Source of the DNA: Verrucomicrobiales bacterium
Lineage (GTDB): Bacteria > Verrucomicrobiota > Verrucomicrobiia > Limisphaerales > SXTU01
Length of the DNA stretch: 64,000 nt
NCBI GenBank assembly: GCA_005791875.1
Contig: SXTU01000291.1
Coordinates: forward strand, 4,138 to 68,137
Direction of reading: 5' to 3'
A model generated the notes under the pieces. That model was not told the origin of the DNA and ran no database searches. It saw only the letters and a list, made by a program, of their open reading frames with translations. The stretch's first letter is position 1; every line of letters begins with the position of its first letter. This document shows, piece after piece, positions 61,034 to 64,000 of this stretch. Position numbers and translations under genes: made by a program.

Positions 61034-61172
61034 GCCGGCTTCCAAGCCGGCTTAACGCATCCGAACACGAGGAAGTGCATGTGATCGGTCGCGGAGTCGG
61101 TTTTGGAGGAGGCATCAAACTGCTGACACGCCTCATTCAACCCATCACGCGTAAGCCGGCTTGGAAGCCGGG
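61034..61172. repeat. MITE-like unit with ~24-bp terminal inverted repeats each containing gccggctt-NN-aagccgg(c)
   Basis: gccggcttccaagccggcttaacgc (61034-61058) and gcgtaagccggcttggaagccggg (61149-61172). Confidence 0.8.
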
Positions 61173-61181
61173 GCTCCACCC

Positions 61182-62738
61182 TCAGGCCACCGCGTCGGGC
61201 GTCGGGGGCTTGAGGCTCGCGTCCTGCGGGTGCTCGCCCACGTCGCCGTGATAGGCGGTCTGGCGGCGGAAGCGCAGTTCCGCCGCGCGCGTGTCGTCGC
61301 CGGCGGCGGAGGTGGCGATGGCGGGCAGATCAAACTTCCCGTCCGGCAGCGCGAAGCGATAGCTGAACGTGCCATCGGGGCGCAGGCGGATCTTCCGTCC
61401 GCCGATGGTCACGGTCGCGTCCGGCGCGGTCGCACCGTAGAGGATCAGCTCGGCATTGAGGTTGAACCAGAAGCCGCGCGCCGTCTCCCCGCCTCCAAAG
61501 CCAGCGCCCAAACTGCCGAGCGCGCCAAACGGGCTGCTGCGCGAGCCGAGGCCGAGCGCACCCTGTCCGGCGGCGAGCTGTGCGGCAGTCTGATCGGAGA
61601 GCCGCTTCACGAACTGGCGGCGGACAAGCTCCGTGATTTCCATCGAGCCGATCCAGACGCGGCGCACCTCGTCCATCGTGATGGCTTCGGCCAGCGCCTG
61701 GGCCTGCGCGGGCGTCCAGACGGGCGCGGGCGCGGGGCCGGCGGCTGCGGCGGGAGCGGAGGACTTCTTGGGCCGCACATCCAGCTCCGCGCGTGGCGGG
61801 GCGAAGGTGTCGGCGGCGGGCAGGTTCGGATGGCCCTTCTCGCGCAACTGCGCCAGCGCCTCCATCAGCGGCACGTGCTGGCTGATGACGGTCTTGACCA
61901 TCTCGACGAGCTGGTCGAAGGGCACCTCCACCGGCAGCGTGGCGAAGTCCGCGCTCGTGTCATCGGACAGGCTGTCCGGCGGGGTGACCGTGGCGGCGGA
62001 GACGGCGATGGTCTGCCAGCGCTCCTTGCGGTCGAAGTAGCCGAGCTGCGCAACGAACTTCGTCACGCCCCGCCCGACGTGGACGAACCAGTTGCGCGAT
62101 TCGGGATGAACGTGCTGCGTGACGAGCGGCTCGCCGAGGACTTCCTTTTCGAACACGCGGACGATGAGGTGGCCATCGTCGGAATCCGCGTTGAAGTCAC
62201 GTTGTTGAGCAGTGGACAAATCCCAGTGTGCGTAGAGCCACTGCGGGTCGCGCGCGGTGAGCCAGAGCCTCGCAGTGCCGTAGGACTCAGGGAGCTCGCC
62301 GCGTTCCTCCGCAGGGCCGGCGTGCGTGGGTGGCGGCGTTGGCCCGAGCGCGTAACGCTGGCCGGGACCGCTGACTCCCGCCGTCGAGGCGGTGTCACCG
62401 ACGAGTAGAATGGGCGGGATCTCGAGCTTGGGGTGGCGGACCCTGCGCGGCGCGGCGGGGCGCTTGGACTTCATCGCGGTGGCGGCGATGCGTGCAGGGC
62501 GTTTAACCTTGGTGGCCAGCTCGGGCTTGGCGGCGGCCTGGGGCTGCGCCTGCGTGGCAGTCTTGGCCGTGCGTCTGGGCGCGGCCTGGGGCTGAACGGC
62601 GGCCACGGTCTTGGCAGTGCGCCTGGCCTTGGCGGGCGCTTCCGCAGCGGATGCGACGGCAACGGGACGTGTGACGGCGGCGGGCGTAATCGTCCGTGTC
62701 TTGAGGGCGCGACGGGTCGGTTTCTTTTCCAGCTTCAT
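61182..62738 (-). CDS. DUF4912 domain protein with basic Ala/Pro/Lys-rich N-terminus
   Basis: LPESYGTARLWLTARDPQWLYAHWDL is the DUF4912 opening signature (from memory); 518 aa. Confidence 0.65.
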   Translation of the reverse strand: MKLEKKPTRRALKTRTITPAAVTRPVAVASAAEAPAKARRTAKTVAAVQPQAAPRRTAKTATQAQPQAAAKPELATKVKRPARIAATAMKSKRPAAPRRVRHPKLEIPPILLVGDTASTAGVSGPGQRYALGPTPPPTHAGPAEERGELPESYGTARLWLTARDPQWLYAHWDLSTAQQRDFNADSDDGHLIVRVFEKEVLGEPLVTQHVHPESRNWFVHVGRGVTKFVAQLGYFDRKERWQTIAVSAATVTPPDSLSDDTSADFATLPVEVPFDQLVEMVKTVISQHVPLMEALAQLREKGHPNLPAADTFAPPRAELDVRPKKSSAPAAAAGPAPAPVWTPAQAQALAEAITMDEVRRVWIGSMEITELVRRQFVKRLSDQTAAQLAAGQGALGLGSRSSPFGALGSLGAGFGGGETARGFWFNLNAELILYGATAPDATVTIGGRKIRLRPDGTFSYRFALPDGKFDLPAIATSAAGDDTRAAELRFRRQTAYHGDVGEHPQDASLKPPTPDAVA

Positions 62739-62912
62739 AAGGATTTCCGTGGCGAGCGGGTCGGAAGGGCAGCGCCTTTTCTAAGGTCAGGCACTTTGCG
62801 CCCAAGCCTCTGGCCCGTGCAATGGAAATTTCGGCGGCGCAAACATAGACCGAATTTCCGCCGAGCGCCCGGCGTCATTTTTATACAGCCGCAGTTCGTC
62901 ACCACCACCGTC

Positions 62913-64000
62913 ATGCTCAAGATTCTGGCTCCAGCCGACCGCCGCCGTCAGTTCTGCGACGGCGTGTCGCGGCGCAACTTCCTCAAGATCGGCGGCCTCG
63001 GCGCGGCGGGCCTTTCGCTCCCGCACCTGCTCGCGCTCGAGGCGCAGGCGGGCATCCGCAACTCCCACAAGTCCGTCATCCTCATCTACCTCGTCGGCGG
63101 CCCGCCGCACCAGGACATGTTCGATCTTAAGCCCAACGCGCCCAGCGACGTCGCCGGGCCGCACCGGCCAATTGGCACGAACGTGGACGGCATCGAGATC
63201 TGCGAGCTGTTCCCACGCATGGCGAAGATGATGGACAAGTTCGCCCTCATCCGGTCGCTCGTCGGCGCGCAGAACGATCACGACGCCTTCCAATGCTACA
63301 CCGGCCACAGCCGCACGGAGATGGCTCCGGCGGGCGGTTGGGCGCCGTTCGGCAGCATCGTGAGCAAGGTCCAAGGCCCGGTGAATGCCGCGACCCCGCC
63401 GTTCATGAGCATGTGCTACGAATGCACGCACGGCCCCTACAACGAGCCCGGCTCCGGCATGGTCAACGTGGCGCACTCCGGCTTCCGGCCCGTCGGTCCG
63501 ACCCGCGCGGACATGAAGCTGCAAGGCATCACCTACGACCGGCTTGCGGATCGGACGCGTTTGCAGGCGAGCATGGACCAGTTCCGCCGCGATGTGGACG
63601 CGAGCGGCCAGATGCAAGGGCTGGACTCTTTCACGCAGCAGGCGATGGGGATGCTCACGTCGTCGAAGCTGGTCGAGGCGCTGGACCTCTCGAAGGAAGA
63701 CCCGCGCATCGTGGCTCGCTACGGTCGGGGCGATGAGGTGAAGCGCATTGACGAGAACGGCGCACCCCGCGTGCCGCAAAGTTTTCTCGCCGCCCGCCGC
63801 CTCGTGGAAGCAGGCGCGCGCGTGGTGACCGTGAACTACAGCAAGTGGGATTGGCACGGCGGCCCCGGCAACGACATTTTCACCCGCGAGCGCGAGGACT
63901 TCCCGATCTTCGATCAGGCCATCACCGCGCTCGTCGAGGACCTGCATCAGCGCGGCATGGACAAGGACACCACGGTCTTGGTCTGGGGCGAGTTCGGGCG
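62913..64000 (+). CDS. DUF1501 family protein, 3' end beyond the window
   Basis: ATG 62913. MLKILAPADRRRQFCDGVSRRNFLKIGGLGAAGLSLP (Tat-like), SVILIYLVGGPPHQDMFDLKP, and it ends in the window at ...VLVWGEFGR. There is no stop before 64000, so it is absent from the ORF track. Confidence 0.85.
   Translation, partial: MLKILAPADRRRQFCDGVSRRNFLKIGGLGAAGLSLPHLLALEAQAGIRNSHKSVILIYLVGGPPHQDMFDLKPNAPSDVAGPHRPIGTNVDGIEICELFPRMAKMMDKFALIRSLVGAQNDHDAFQCYTGHSRTEMAPAGGWAPFGSIVSKVQGPVNAATPPFMSMCYECTHGPYNEPGSGMVNVAHSGFRPVGPTRADMKLQGITYDRLADRTRLQASMDQFRRDVDASGQMQGLDSFTQQAMGMLTSSKLVEALDLSKEDPRIVARYGRGDEVKRIDENGAPRVPQSFLAARRLVEAGARVVTVNYSKWDWHGGPGNDIFTREREDFPIFDQAITALVEDLHQRGMDKDTTVLVWGEFG

Noticed and set aside
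62787-63947. 386-aa minus-strand ORF at the right end
   Set aside because: It is the only track ORF here, but it is antisense to a clear DUF1501 gene (ATG 62913). That gene is missing from the track only because it has no stop before 64000.
1-64000. Search for rRNA, tRNA, transposase, integrase, phage or plasmid genes
   Set aside because: None were recognisable by eye in the intergenic gaps or among the ORF translations. The repeats appear non-autonomous. A tRNAscan or Infernal run would be needed to exclude small RNAs formally.

Overview
This is a visibly GC-rich bacterial chromosomal segment; I computed no composition statistics. The gene content includes three DUF1501 genes, a PSCyt1/DUF1549/DUF1553 gene, a MoxR-DUF58-VWA block and many Sec/Tat-signal glycan-active enzymes. 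That mix looks like the PVC superphylum, probably Verrucomicrobiota-like. This is inference from family recall, not a search result. I support about 56 protein genes or pseudogenes and about 25 repeat or structure features. I saw no rRNA, tRNA, CRISPR array, transposase, integrase or phage genes.

Layout:
- 1-1272: RHH/PIN toxin-antitoxin pair cut by the left edge, a 2Fe-2S ferredoxin-like gene and sixA.
- 1436-12846 (minus strand): a DUF1501-like gene (frameshifted), a DUF4175-like coiled-coil membrane protein, a prenyltransferase-repeat protein and three tandem secreted paralogs.
- 13248-18077: eda, a hypothetical gene, metF, lemA, a CvpA-like gene and a CDGSH gene.
- 18093-22528: an MglA/MglB Ras-like GTPase module, divergent from a REC-PATAN response regulator.
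- 22602-26237: lipA, a glutaredoxin-like gene, accA and an amidohydrolase.
- 26132-27889: rhombosortase plus a lipoprotein with a GlyGly-CTERM tail.
- 28005-42332 (minus strand, ten genes): VWA, TM protein, Pro-rich protein, ~1195-aa protein, MoxR, DUF58, TM protein, VWA, PSCyt/DUF1553 and DUF1501.
- 42707-59458: a carbohydrate and amino-sugar block. It holds an isomerase, a radical SAM gene, a PL10-like lyase with an in-frame stop, two sialate O-acetylesterase paralogs, an ankyrin protein, a serine hydrolase, a ceramidase-like gene, nagA and an AraC regulator. A pilB gene and an MshEN-domain partner are embedded in it.
- 59554-64000: a RelE/ParE-like gene, an HNH gene, a DUF4912 gene and a third DUF1501 gene that runs off the right edge.

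The most unusual content is not a protein system. It is a dense population of structured repeats:
- palindromes whose arms are tandem 7-nt words, with a different word at each locus;
- a 79-bp TIR element found twice, once nested inside another repeat;
- a mini-hairpin family with compensatory stem changes;
- a 21-nt periodic array after pilB.

Several of these repeats lie between the start codon and the signal-peptide core of secreted proteins. Many of the longest ORFs in the supplied track are antisense shadow ORFs and were rejected.
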